A DNA stretch of 64,000 bases from an uncultured Clostridia bacterium (GCA_945921465.1 CAMEKS010000001.1:2745-66744), one strand, 5' to 3'; shown: positions 31,417 to 42,141, numbered from the stretch's first letter. A program made the numbers and translations. The notes: a model not told the origin generated them from the letters alone.

Positions 31417-32118
31417 TTAGTCTAATACAAGTTCGTTGCCGTCAATTATTTTGCCGTTGTTTTCTATGGTTACTGTACAAGTTCTGCCTGCAATTTCTTT
31501 AGTCTCTACTGTTTGTTTATGGCTATTGACATTATTAGTCCTAAAATCATAAAATTCGTGAACCGCTCTTTCGATATTAGAGTTGTATTGGTCACGACTG
31601 GCTGATCTAAACTCGTATGTGTCGGCATTTTTAACCAAATTATTTAGGTCTACGCTCTCTTGATTGGTGTAAGTATATGTTTCTATCTCTTTATGATTTT
31701 CTATGCCTATGCCTGTAGAGATTTCTCTAGTAACTTTTTTTACATTTGCAGTAAGCATATCGCCCTTGTATTCATAATCCAAAGTGGTCTGAGAAACAAC
31801 ACCAATAGACATTTCGCTAAATATAACTTGATGGGGTTTTTGCAACCTAAGCATTTCTTCATTGCCATATTCTTTGATGCAATTACGATAATGTCCATCT
31901 TTGAAATTCAATGCCTTGGTTGTTCTAATTACAGTAGGGTTAATTTCGTCATTTCGATTGTAGATTCTTGTTGTCTTAATCCCGTCATTAGTTTTTGTGT
32001 CGATATGAATTGCACTGCCATCGAAATAAGTAATTACTTCCTTGCCATCAACTTTTTTTTGGTTAGGGCGAGTAATTGTGCCATATTTAACTGTTAGTAG
32101 AATATCTTTTATATTCAT
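31417..32118 (-). CDS. Hypothetical cytoplasmic protein (ORFan P1)
   Basis: Start moved to Met25 (MNIKDILLTVKYGT...) behind GGAGGA. No signal peptide and beta-rich composition. Its N-terminal motif is shared with the 32475..33350 protein. Confidence 0.6.
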   Translation of the reverse strand: MNIKDILLTVKYGTITRPNQKKVDGKEVITYFDGSAIHIDTKTNDGIKTTRIYNRNDEINPTVIRTTKALNFKDGHYRNCIKEYGNEEMLRLQKPHQVIFSEMSIGVVSQTTLDYEYKGDMLTANVKKVTREISTGIGIENHKEIETYTYTNQESVDLNNLVKNADTYEFRSASRDQYNSNIERAVHEFYDFRTNNVNSHKQTVETKEIAGRTCTVTIENNGKIIDGNELVLD

Positions 32119-32474
32119 TATTTTTATCCTCCGATATTTACTTTGTAATTTAGGTCTAGACATAATAACACAACTATTTTGCAATTTCAATACCTAACTT
32201 AACAAAATTGATAAATTTTTACCAGATTTTACTTTGACCTGTTGAATTATTAATTATAGAACATTGTTGTCTTAATTTGTGGGATGCTTGAATTGTCTAT
32301 TTGGGCGTAATTTAGTACAACTAGTTTAGTTATGAAGATTATATAATGCATAACTTCTAGTAAAATAATGGAATTTATTATAGAGTCGCAGTAGCGGGAA
32401 AAATTGCTTCCGATTGTGTAATTAAATTTTGTAGTAATTGTGAGGAAGTTAAAAGGTTAGTTATATTATTGAAA

Positions 32475-33350
32475 TTAGTTTAATTCTGGAGAATTGTTAT
32501 CATTTATGTCTGATTGCTTATCGTCGTTAATGATTTGAGTGTCTACTATATATGCTTTGCCACCAACCTCTATATATCTAGGATCTAAAGTGTTGGACAC
32601 CTTAATAGGTCTGAATTTGCTTATGGTAGTGGTTGCTACTTGAGATCGAGAATCATTGTTGGCACTAGCGTAGTTGGTCGTAGTGATCTGGCTAGACATT
32701 TCTTTTGCCATATCCATAGGGTTGCCTATAACACTTTGCATTTTTCTGTTATTATTATAAGAATATTTATCAATAATCTGGCACTTATCTATTCCATATT
32801 CAAGGTCGTACTCGCTTTTTCGAACTAGGGATGACACTTGTGTTGGGTCGTCTCCATTAATATCAAATATTATTGTATCTTCAATCAAATTAGGAATACT
32901 CGACATTTTTTTGGGCTCTAGATTAGGTATAAGATGCATTAAATTAAATGTAGGAACGGGGCCTTCAACTATTTTATCGATTTCGTATTCATTAACCAGC
33001 TGTTGAGGACAATTCTTTATATAAGAATAGAGATTGTTATACAAATAATGTTGGCGCGCGATAGGGGATGTCACATCACTATATTCAATAGTTTTTTCTA
33101 TCTTTAATGGCTCGCCATCTGTATTATCTTGAAAAGTAAGGTTAACCACAGTGCAATGACTATCACTTTTGTCTATAATTGCATATTCGTGTATCAAATT
33201 GTCTTCGAAATATGTCTTAGATTCGGCTGTTCCCATATTGCCTTGCTTTGCTAAATAATTCATTAGTGGGCTATTGATACTCTTTGGATTTTCTTTAGTT
33301 CCGTACTTTATTTCGTTTATTTTTAATTCTATTTTGTCTTTGATTGTCAT
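32475..33350 (-). CDS. Hypothetical cytoplasmic protein (ORFan P2, possible distant paralog of P1)
   Basis: 291-aa ORF beginning MTIKDKIELKINEIKYGT..., compared with P1 MNIKDILLTVKYGT. No signal peptide and no motif I recognise. Confidence 0.6.
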   Translation of the reverse strand: MTIKDKIELKINEIKYGTKENPKSINSPLMNYLAKQGNMGTAESKTYFEDNLIHEYAIIDKSDSHCTVVNLTFQDNTDGEPLKIEKTIEYSDVTSPIARQHYLYNNLYSYIKNCPQQLVNEYEIDKIVEGPVPTFNLMHLIPNLEPKKMSSIPNLIEDTIIFDINGDDPTQVSSLVRKSEYDLEYGIDKCQIIDKYSYNNNRKMQSVIGNPMDMAKEMSSQITTTNYASANNDSRSQVATTTISKFRPIKVSNTLDPRYIEVGGKAYIVDTQIINDDKQSDINDNNSPELN

Positions 33351-33737
33351 TTTGTTTCCATTTCCTTTTTTATATAATTTATATTAACCGTGCTATTGTA
33401 TCATAGTCAGATTACAAATATCAATACCCTATTTCAAAAAAATTTAATATTTTATTATCTTATAATTCAATTATTATTCACACAATATATTAACCCAATA
33501 TTGGTCAACAGTAGCCCTAATTATATTGTTATTGAATGTAATGCTATATGAAAAGTAGTAGATATGAGTAGGATTTGTTTTTTACAATATTGTTTTATCG
33601 AAATCGGGTTTTATTTAATTTTGTTATGGTTGAATAGATATAAATTTCTTAAAAAACAGCACAATATAAAAATTTTTGTGCTGTAGTACTTGTTTTTTTG
33701 TTAAATTTTTGATACATTATATTCGTTAACTTAATAT

Positions 33738-33812
33738 TGGAGTGTAGCCAAGCGGTAAGGCCCGGGATTCTGACTCCCGTATGCGTAGGTTCGAATCCTA
33801 CCACTTCAGCCA
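33738..33812 (+). tRNA. tRNA-Gln (anticodon CUG), CCA encoded
   Basis: Hand-folded cloverleaf. Acceptor stem TGGAGTG/CACTTCA, anticodon stem CGGGA/TCCCG with loop TTCTGAC, T arm GTAGG-TTCGAAT-CCTAC, discriminator G followed by CCA. Confidence 0.9.
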
Positions 33813-33820
33813 AAAAAATT

Positions 33821-33846
33821 AAACACCTAATGGTGTTTATTTTTTG
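33821..33846 (+). terminator. Rho-independent terminator after tRNA-Gln
   Basis: AAACACC-taat-GGTGTTT followed by ATTTTTT. Confidence 0.75.
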
Positions 33847-34067
33847 TCATTGGCTTAAGCGAAGAATGGGTGATACTTGTCAAGGACGCCATCAATTGCT
33901 TAAAAAATATTATCGGTGGAGACATTCACAATTTTGTTATTGACCAAGTATAACAAAAGAAGTCTAGTTATTTTTCAGTGTCACTATGATGACACTTCAT
34001 TTTTAGGCCTCTTTTGTTTTACTATTAAATTCCTTAATGGTGCAATATTGCTAATCAATAATATCTA

Positions 34068-34730
34068 TTAAAATTCCATATTTTCATTAAAGTATGGTTT
34101 GTTATTTTCGGTTTTTGAATTTGAAGTGGATTTTGGGGTGTGTAATATGGCATTTAATTCGTCTTCGCATTGAATTATTTTGCTTTTGGATAACCAAGTA
34201 GATGTATCGATTTGTTTTATACTCCAATACGTAATAGACTTATCCTGATACTTAACTATACTATTATATCCTACTATTTTATATTCTAGTGAAGACTTTT
34301 GCGAAGAATTAACAGTGTTGCCAGCAAGCAAATCAATTGAAATACTATGTACCAAATAGTTGCCTTCGGCATAATTTGAGATGTAATTGTTTACGGCATA
34401 AGGATTATCTACTTCTCTCTGACGATACTGAAATTCAGTGCGTTCATATGATCTGTCTGTGTCGGCAGGTATTACAAGAGGCAGAATCAATAGTTCTTTG
34501 TTATTTGTTTTTGCGGTATATATATCTAAATATACTAATTTGTGATCAAATTTTTCGTTGTAAGATCGGATTATGTTCTTATCTTTATTTTTGCTATTAA
34601 TAATATATATTGAGTCGTCACTAATTAACTTAACTTTATTTTTTTGATTGTTTGTTATGGCAAATCTCAAGTCTCCGTCTTTCATAGTTATATACAAATC
34701 TTTGTATTGACAATAGTAATCATTATTCAT
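34068..34730 (-). CDS. Hypothetical cytoplasmic protein (ORFan P3)
   Basis: Track ORF 34068..34736. The AGGAG spacing favours the second ATG, at 34730. No signal peptide and no recognisable motif. Confidence 0.55.
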   Translation of the reverse strand: MNNDYYCQYKDLYITMKDGDLRFAITNNQKNKVKLISDDSIYIINSKNKDKNIIRSYNEKFDHKLVYLDIYTAKTNNKELLILPLVIPADTDRSYERTEFQYRQREVDNPYAVNNYISNYAEGNYLVHSISIDLLAGNTVNSSQKSSLEYKIVGYNSIVKYQDKSITYWSIKQIDTSTWLSKSKIIQCEDELNAILHTPKSTSNSKTENNKPYFNENMEF

Positions 34731-35041
34731 ATTCATTTCTCCTAATTTTGTTATCGTAGGGCATTACAAACGGCAAACCCTAATTTAATTTGTTGCTTGG
34801 TATGTATAATAGTAAATATTTTCAATATAATTATTCTTGTGCTTATATTATTTCTCAGTAATTTTCAAATTGTCAATACCTCAATAATTTAAGACAACAC
34901 TATGACATTTCCCTTTTGTGCAAAATAGATAATTAACGAAAAACCAATAAATTATTGCAGTCAATAATATGATAATTGAATAAAAGCAATCGGCTTTGGC
35001 AATAATTTTTCCACAATGACTGAAGATGTGTGGAGGAATAT

Positions 35042-36298
35042 ATGAACAAAGTCAACCCTTTTTTTGAAAAAAACGCTATAGGCGTAGACAGGTGGGCTAG
35101 TGTAGACGATTACAGCCCCAAACCTTATGACAAATTAAAAGTATCGCCTTATACCAAAACTAGAGTGATACTGATGAATGGTACAGAATTTGAGCAAAAT
35201 TGGTTCTTGCATCAATTTAGTCGTAATTGTAATAACAACGACCTTAGGCGAGAAATTGCAATGATTAGGCGGCACGAACAACAACAACAAAAGACAATTT
35301 CTGGCTTGAAACCGCTAGACGAAAACAACCTAGAGACAACTATTTCTTACGAGCAACTGGCAATAGATTTGACCGCAATTTTGGCAAGGCACGTCAAAGA
35401 TGATTATGTCAAAAACGCCCTTAATTTCGCCCTATTAGAAGATTTTGACCACTTGTACAGATATGCCAATTTGCTAGAAACCGAACAAGGCACAGATGCC
35501 AATATGTTGACTGGCGGCTATACCGAAATTACACCTGGCAGGCCCACTATTGCCGAGCCAAGACATCCCTTTGACGAAATCAATAGACATATTGCGGATG
35601 AAATTGCAGATCCATTTACCAAATTGGTTGTGGGGATAATTACGGCTGCAGAACAACAAACATTAAATTATTATATGAATATAGCGGGCTTTCACCCAAC
35701 CGAAAATGGTAAACGATTGTATAACGAAATTGCTATGATAGAAGAGCAACACGTTACCGAATATGGTAGCTTAATGGATACAACTTGCAGTTGGTTAGAA
35801 AATTGGCTAATGCACGAATACACTGAGTGCTACCTGTATTATTCGTGCTATGTAGACGAGAGCGATAAAGATATCAAAAATATTTTTTATCAACATTATT
35901 TGCAGGAATGTGGACATCTGCAATATGTTGCAGAACTTTTGCAAAAATATGAGGGTAAGCCTTGGCAAGCATTGTATCCATGTGGGGGAGACTTTCCGGA
36001 ATTGTTGCATTTTGAAGGTAATATAGATTATATCCGAGGGGTGTTAGCAAAGACGGTCAATTACACAAGACACAATGAAGACTATACGACTATAGACAGA
36101 CTGCCAGACAAAGCGAACTATTATAAATATCAAAAGGCGAATATTAAGAAAGTAGAGTCTTTGCCATCTCACAAAGTAATAGTGGACCATATCAAAAAAT
36201 TTGGAAGCGATTATAGATTTGAGACAAAACACAACCCAGTTACTGCTCTACAAGATCGTACTACTGACAACACAAATGTTGGTCGCAAGAAATCTTAA
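35042..36298 (+). CDS. Ferritin-like (di-iron carboxylate type) protein of unknown function
   Basis: Several helix-embedded E/ExxH motifs (RRHEQQQ, LLEDFDH, AAEQQ, IEEQHV, LQECGH). ATG 35042 follows GGAGGA (the track ORF starts at GTG 35030). Confidence 0.6.
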   Translation: MNKVNPFFEKNAIGVDRWASVDDYSPKPYDKLKVSPYTKTRVILMNGTEFEQNWFLHQFSRNCNNNDLRREIAMIRRHEQQQQKTISGLKPLDENNLETTISYEQLAIDLTAILARHVKDDYVKNALNFALLEDFDHLYRYANLLETEQGTDANMLTGGYTEITPGRPTIAEPRHPFDEINRHIADEIADPFTKLVVGIITAAEQQTLNYYMNIAGFHPTENGKRLYNEIAMIEEQHVTEYGSLMDTTCSWLENWLMHEYTECYLYYSCYVDESDKDIKNIFYQHYLQECGHLQYVAELLQKYEGKPWQALYPCGGDFPELLHFEGNIDYIRGVLAKTVNYTRHNEDYTTIDRLPDKANYYKYQKANIKKVESLPSHKVIVDHIKKFGSDYRFETKHNPVTALQDRTTDNTNVGRKKS

Positions 36299-36471
36299 AA
36301 TATTGGGGCAGAGTAACATACACAACCAAAAGTTGGATTATATAGAGACAATGATAATTCAATTAGGACAACGCCGAATATAGAGCAATTGTGATTGCGA
36401 ACTGAGATGCGCGCAATAAAGTGGTCAATAAATATTGAATAAATTGTAATAATTCGAATATACAAAATTAC

Positions 36472-36511
36472 GCACAAAGCCTTAGATTCCTCTTAGGCTT
36501 TGTGTTTTTTA
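36472..36511 (+). terminator. Rho-independent terminator after the ferritin-like gene
   Basis: ACAAAGCC-ttagattcctctta-GGCTTTGT followed by a T-run. Confidence 0.65.
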
Positions 36512-36880
36512 TAGTTCCATTGTAACACAAAAATAAACAATGCAATATTAATCGACAAAATTCGAAAGTTTTGTATGTGTTATTAATATAAAGTTTAAGT
36601 AAAATAATTTTACATAAAATAAATAATATAGTATTATATATAATACATATAGCATTAGGTTAGCGTTAAATTTGTCTTGATTGTAGTCGTGGCCTAATTT
36701 CGTTAGACTATTATGTGTGGGTTAACAATTTTTTAGGAATAAAGTGTTGGATTCGTTATTGATGTAGTACTAATTTGGTGCAACATTATTTCTGTACTAA
36801 TTGTTGATTGAAATCAATTAAATTAAAATATATAACGAAAAAATCTAATAATTATTAAGTAAATAGCGAGGTATAAAGTT

Positions 36881-39800
36881 ATGTCAACTGCTACTATTGT
36901 TAATATTGCTTTGACGGGAGTTGTTGGGCTATTTGTGCTAGTGGGTGCCATTGTAGGTGCCGTTAGAGGTGTTAAGAAAACACTAGTGCGAGGTGTATGG
37001 CTAGGAATATGGACGGTCATATTGGTGTTGTTTCTATCCGGAATAATAACCAACCTAATAATGAATATTAAGTTTACTGCCAATGTTGGTGGCGTAGAAT
37101 GTACCGGAATCAAAGAAATAGTTACAGAACTAATAATGGCTAGTGGGGTAGATATGTCTAGCTTGGGTGAAAATGCGGATGCTGTTATCCAGGTTATTGT
37201 GGGCTATACAGACATAATACTAAATTCGGTTGTGTTTGTACTGTTATTCTGGTTACTAAAGTGGCTGCTGTTACCTATCAATGCATTAATTTATCGTGTA
37301 CTTCCTTGGGGTAAGGCGGAGCGAAAATATAAAAAAGAAAAGAAAGCGTATGATAAGTATGTAAAGGAATATAAGAAATTACACAAGGGCGAAATCCCAG
37401 TCGAGGCAATGGGATTTGCCGACCTTAGCGATGATGAGAAGATACTTGCTGGAAAAATAAGTGAGATTAAGCAGAAGACGGCTTTGGATAGCCTAAGAGA
37501 AGCAAGGGCGTCGATAGAAAATAACGAAAAAATTATTAAGAACGAGAAGTTGGGGCTAGATATCGACAAGTCGGCTGTGGTGCAAGAAAACATCAAGGAA
37601 GAAAATAATAAAACTGAAGAAACCTTTATACCAAAAGAAGAGTATCAGCCAAAACAAGAAGAAGTAGTAGACTTGACTCCGGTAACAAAACCAAAAAAAT
37701 TAAAAAAACATAGACTGCTGGGTATGTTGGTTGGTGGCGTAATGGGAATATTCATTGGTGCTATTACTTTGTCACCTGCCTTGGGCATATTATCTCTAGC
37801 AAATGACATCAACTCTAATAACGAGATAGAATTAGAGGACGGGACCAAGAAGGGCTTGGTGGATTATCTGACTCAAGATATGTTCAGCCAAATCAATGAA
37901 TATTATGAAGATTCTATAGGCTCTAAGGCCCTTACATATACCGGCGGAGAGTGGGTGGCTACGGCCACTTTTGGGGCATTGACTCGTGGAAAAGTAGATG
38001 GACAAGTTGCAGATCTTGCCGAGGATGCTAAGAATATAGTAGCGATAGCGTCATTGGTTAATACGATAACCGACCAAGTCAAGGAATTAGAAGAGAGCAA
38101 TTATCAGCCCGATGTTTTACGAAAAATAATTAAAAATATAGACAAGATTATAGATTATGCATTTAATATTAGCGTAGTCAACGTGTTAGCACCATATACT
38201 ATGCAGATTCTGGCCGACGAGATAGAAAAAACAGCGAACGACAACACGACTGCTTTGGCAGAAAATGAGAATTCTACTGAGGCAAATGACGATATTAATA
38301 AAATATTGGTCAAGTTCGCCCAAACTGTAGCGACATTTGAAGACGCAAGTACAATTAAGAGCGAATTAAAATCTTTTATTAAGATAGTAGAGATGCTTAA
38401 TTATGGTGTAAATATCAATACAATCGATGGCGTTAGATCAACATCATTGCTGTCCGAAATATTGAAGTCTAGCGACAATTCCAAGAATTCAGAAGTGACC
38501 AGAACTATTCAAAAATTGAATTACGAATATTATACAACCAACCAAAAGATGTACTTTACCTCATTAATAGAGAAGTGTTATAGCGTAGATGGTTACGAGA
38601 CTAAGGCTGTGCCAGAGGTTATGCCAATGGGCATAGAAGTGGTGCTTAAGGCTTTGCTGCAAGAAGCAGGAGTGACCAATGCGGGTGAAATATTAGCAGG
38701 CGATTCTAAAGAAACTGTAAAAAATTTCTTGATGTCAACATTTAACGAAGTATTTGCGGTTCTGCTAGAACTTAATACTGGCTACGATGCTAATAACAAT
38801 ATGGTGTATATAGAGTATGAGACCGAAGACGACTGGGGCAACATTACATTGGGCAAGATTAGCAAAAATATGTTTACATCTTTGGGTAAAATACTTGACA
38901 ACATCGCTGGATTGGTTAATGAAGAAGTGTACAAAGATGCTATTGCATCAGTTGCAAAGAACCTTAATAATATAGCAACCGAAGGGCTGAAAGAAATGAT
39001 GGGCGAAGATCCTGCGTCTAAGGTCGGCGCTAATCTTGAATCAGCGCTTAATGCTTTGACCGGCGAAGGTGCGTTCGCCAAAGAATTGACTGCAGTTGGC
39101 GAAGTATATCAAACAATCTTTAACAACAATGGACTATTTAAGGGCGAATTTGCACTCAACGACAAAGACAATTGGCAATGGCAAATTAATAATCTTTCGG
39201 CACTTGGCAACGCATTAGATGCTTTACAAGAGACAACTCTTTTGGGATATGTCAATACAGGAGACAAATACAACACCATTAATATTATATTCACCGCAAT
39301 GCTAGATAAGGTTAAAACTGATATGGTTGACACAAATAGTTTATCGCTAGATTTGAACGGATACATTGAGTCTCCTTCAGTTATGGAGCATGCTGTATAT
39401 AATATTATCAATCTAATAAATTATAACATTTCTAATCAATGTATCAACGGCAAAGTTGATTGGAGTAACACATTTGATAAGTGCGCCAAGGCTATAGGTG
39501 TGATTACTGACATAATTAATGCCGAAAAAACAGACGATGTTGACTCTATAGATATGGTGTTAGAAATCTTAGGCAAGCATACCTCTATCGAGCTGGATGG
39601 AAATGCCAATGAAGTAATCAAGGGTGCCTTAGATGAGATTAATATTACTAGTAACACAATCTTCACTGGATTGGTTAGTCGCGTGTTGACCGACTTCAGA
39701 TCGGTGTTAAATTCGCAAATCTCAGCAGCAGATAATAAGCAGGTAAATACAATTATTAATGCATTGTTTGATACATTGTCAGGGGTTGGCACTAGTACAA

Positions 39801-41881
39801 AACCAAGGAACACTTATCAGTATCACCTTAATACACTAAAAGAAGTTTATGATTATATTACTAACGAAGAATACGGACTTGGTGGATTAGATAACATCGA
39901 ATTCGATACCAAAGATTTGGGTAAGTTGGGAGAATTGTTAAATATTATAACCAAAAGCAATTCTAACGAAACCGATGCAATTCCGCTAGTAAGCAATAGC
40001 ACTATTTGTGAAATTATTGCAGACATTATGCAAGAACAATTAATTGATGGAAGCAACGGAATAGAGTCTATGATATCCGACTCAGATATTAGCGGTGCTA
40101 TGAAAGATTTTGTAACAACATTAATTGCTAATATACGCAATAGCGTTCCATTCAGATACACCCCAACCAACGGATGGGTAGGCGTAACAGAGGCATTGAG
40201 TTATATTATTAACAATTGTCTAGATGGCGGTAATATAGATTTTGCTGATACAGATGCCACATCTACCATAATTGGCAAAATGATGGATGTGCTATCTGGC
40301 AAGGACTTTGTGATAGGAACTGGGGCAGATGCCAAGACTTATAACGCTAAGTTTGTAGAGCCAAAAGATGTCAAACTGCTGTTGGGTAAAATTATTGCTA
40401 AGAAGATGTCTAATATGTCAATTGATGCAAAAATCAAAGATGCTATAATGGGAGCAACATTTAGCTTAGCCAGTGATACAACATACAATATCTATGCCAA
40501 GGCAATTAATCTATATGTTTATGGCGAAGCTGAGACAACTAAGGACATATTTAACGACAATAAGGTGTCACTTGTCAATGTCGAAGGCCAGACATATACT
40601 CTTAACGGAATATGTGATAAAATATTCAATTTTAACAACAACGCCTATAGTTGGGAAGTTGCGTTAAAGACGCTGCTTAATTTAACCAATACAAACTTTG
40701 CAAGTGCAGGTTTGGGCAACTTTAGTAATATTAATCACACTTATTATAGTGCAGATACTGTCGAAATCAGCGGATTTGGAGAAACATTAGATAATATATT
40801 AATCAATCAATGGGAAATGGCAGAGAGTGTCAACATTATCACTTTGGATCAAATCAAATATATAATGAGTTCGACGATTGCAAATGAATTAGAAGATGTA
40901 ACTGACACTGATGTTAGGGGTGCTCTTGATACAATCGTTAACAACATCAACAAAATTACAGAATCAGAAGTTAAGGCTACACTTAAGACGGTCGCCAATG
41001 ATTGGACCGGTGCGTATTTCGATACTCAGACTAAGGCAATGCAATATGCAATAGATATCCTTAATGGCTACACTAGCGCAACCGACCAAGACGCATATAT
41101 TGCAGACTTGGGAGTATATCTAGACGAAATAGATAAGGTTGTTTTAACTAATGGGTTAGGCAAGACATTTACTATCACCATTCTTAATAAAATAGGCAAT
41201 GACGAAGATTCTGATAGTATTGCAACTACCATTAACACAGCAGTGGCCAAGTTGCGAGGCGAAGAAAGTGTTACAAAAGTATTCTTGCAAAACAATAATG
41301 ACAGAGTTAACAATTTGTATAATGGCAAAAATAACGAAGAAGTATACGCTTTGTTAAGCGAATTGAAGAGCACATTAAATGGAATTACATTCAGTAATTT
41401 TGAATTAACGTTGGGTGGAGAAACTACCATCTCTTCTGATAAATACAATGAAATGCGTAACAATTTGGTGAACATTTCTATAACTATTCAGCAGTTGCAA
41501 AGCAACCCAATAGTTGGTGCAAAAGATGCTAGATATATAGCAATTGCAGTAATAAATAAGTTGGTTACTAGTATGGACAATTTGATTACTTCAGTTAACT
41601 ATTCTAATAATGTCAATAGAGCATATGGGCACAAAACTGGAACAACAGCAGATGGATATAAGCAATATTTGATTGATAGAATAGCGGTGACTGATGAGGA
41701 AGAAGAATATGCGACACTAGTCGCAGGCTCTACTACTGATTATGAAGTGCCATATTATGTTGATAATAATGGTGATTCTAATGTAGAAACTGCAGAATAT
41801 GCTTATCTATATCAAACTCAAAAGTATATAATAGTCTACTTATTAGATGATTATTATAATTTAATAACAAAATCAAATTAA
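36881..41881 (+). CDS. Giant (1666 aa) membrane protein: CvpA-like N-terminal TM region, K/E-rich coiled segment, another TM helix, then about 1350 aa of helical sequence of unknown function
   Basis: N-terminal helices (IVNIALTGVVGLFVLVGAIVGAV..., WLGIWTVILVLFLSGII..., VVFVLLFWLLKWLLLP), a charged segment at residues 150-270, and a TM helix LLGMLVGGVMGIFIGAITL. The rest has no motif I recognise. Confidence 0.7.
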   Translation: MSTATIVNIALTGVVGLFVLVGAIVGAVRGVKKTLVRGVWLGIWTVILVLFLSGIITNLIMNIKFTANVGGVECTGIKEIVTELIMASGVDMSSLGENADAVIQVIVGYTDIILNSVVFVLLFWLLKWLLLPINALIYRVLPWGKAERKYKKEKKAYDKYVKEYKKLHKGEIPVEAMGFADLSDDEKILAGKISEIKQKTALDSLREARASIENNEKIIKNEKLGLDIDKSAVVQENIKEENNKTEETFIPKEEYQPKQEEVVDLTPVTKPKKLKKHRLLGMLVGGVMGIFIGAITLSPALGILSLANDINSNNEIELEDGTKKGLVDYLTQDMFSQINEYYEDSIGSKALTYTGGEWVATATFGALTRGKVDGQVADLAEDAKNIVAIASLVNTITDQVKELEESNYQPDVLRKIIKNIDKIIDYAFNISVVNVLAPYTMQILADEIEKTANDNTTALAENENSTEANDDINKILVKFAQTVATFEDASTIKSELKSFIKIVEMLNYGVNINTIDGVRSTSLLSEILKSSDNSKNSEVTRTIQKLNYEYYTTNQKMYFTSLIEKCYSVDGYETKAVPEVMPMGIEVVLKALLQEAGVTNAGEILAGDSKETVKNFLMSTFNEVFAVLLELNTGYDANNNMVYIEYETEDDWGNITLGKISKNMFTSLGKILDNIAGLVNEEVYKDAIASVAKNLNNIATEGLKEMMGEDPASKVGANLESALNALTGEGAFAKELTAVGEVYQTIFNNNGLFKGEFALNDKDNWQWQINNLSALGNALDALQETTLLGYVNTGDKYNTINIIFTAMLDKVKTDMVDTNSLSLDLNGYIESPSVMEHAVYNIINLINYNISNQCINGKVDWSNTFDKCAKAIGVITDIINAEKTDDVDSIDMVLEILGKHTSIELDGNANEVIKGALDEINITSNTIFTGLVSRVLTDFRSVLNSQISAADNKQVNTIINALFDTLSGVGTSTKPRNTYQYHLNTLKEVYDYITNEEYGLGGLDNIEFDTKDLGKLGELLNIITKSNSNETDAIPLVSNSTICEIIADIMQEQLIDGSNGIESMISDSDISGAMKDFVTTLIANIRNSVPFRYTPTNGWVGVTEALSYIINNCLDGGNIDFADTDATSTIIGKMMDVLSGKDFVIGTGADAKTYNAKFVEPKDVKLLLGKIIAKKMSNMSIDAKIKDAIMGATFSLASDTTYNIYAKAINLYVYGEAETTKDIFNDNKVSLVNVEGQTYTLNGICDKIFNFNNNAYSWEVALKTLLNLTNTNFASAGLGNFSNINHTYYSADTVEISGFGETLDNILINQWEMAESVNIITLDQIKYIMSSTIANELEDVTDTDVRGALDTIVNNINKITESEVKATLKTVANDWTGAYFDTQTKAMQYAIDILNGYTSATDQDAYIADLGVYLDEIDKVVLTNGLGKTFTITILNKIGNDEDSDSIATTINTAVAKLRGEESVTKVFLQNNNDRVNNLYNGKNNEEVYALLSELKSTLNGITFSNFELTLGGETTISSDKYNEMRNNLVNISITIQQLQSNPIVGAKDARYIAIAVINKLVTSMDNLITSVNYSNNVNRAYGHKTGTTADGYKQYLIDRIAVTDEEEEYATLVAGSTTDYEVPYYVDNNGDSNVETAEYAYLYQTQKYIIVYLLDDYYNLITKSN

Positions 41882-41899
41882 TGATAATGACAGTAAGTA

Positions 41900-41940
41900 A
41901 AATATAGAGATGTCAATAACAACATCTCTATATTTTTTTG
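41900..41940 (+). terminator. Rho-independent terminator after the 1666-aa gene
   Basis: ATATAGAGATGT-caataaca-ACATCTCTATAT followed by T7. Confidence 0.85.
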
Positions 41941-42141
41941 ATTATATATTTATTAGTATTTTTAGTTTTCCATCTATATTCTTCATTATGTCTAATCATT
42001 ATAATATTTTATTATAATATTTGTTACTATTGTGGTTATGTAATAATTGTGGTTATGTAATAATTACAAAAGAAAACCATATTAATATTTTATCTATAAT
42101 ATAATTCTGCATTGTTCTAACAATGCTGTATGCGGGCTGTC

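Noticed and set aside
33737-33943. 68-aa track ORF starting at TTG, and a 42-aa ATG ORF (about 33829-33957) starting inside the tRNA terminator hairpin.
   Set aside because: The first is the tRNA-Gln gene read as protein. The second has no RBS and begins within a terminator stem.
26433-35041. Prophage or integrative island at tRNA-Gln.
   Set aside because: No integrase, transposase, phage structural gene or duplicated tRNA 3' segment (att-like direct repeat) could be found by eye. The interval is described only as an accessory-looking interval.
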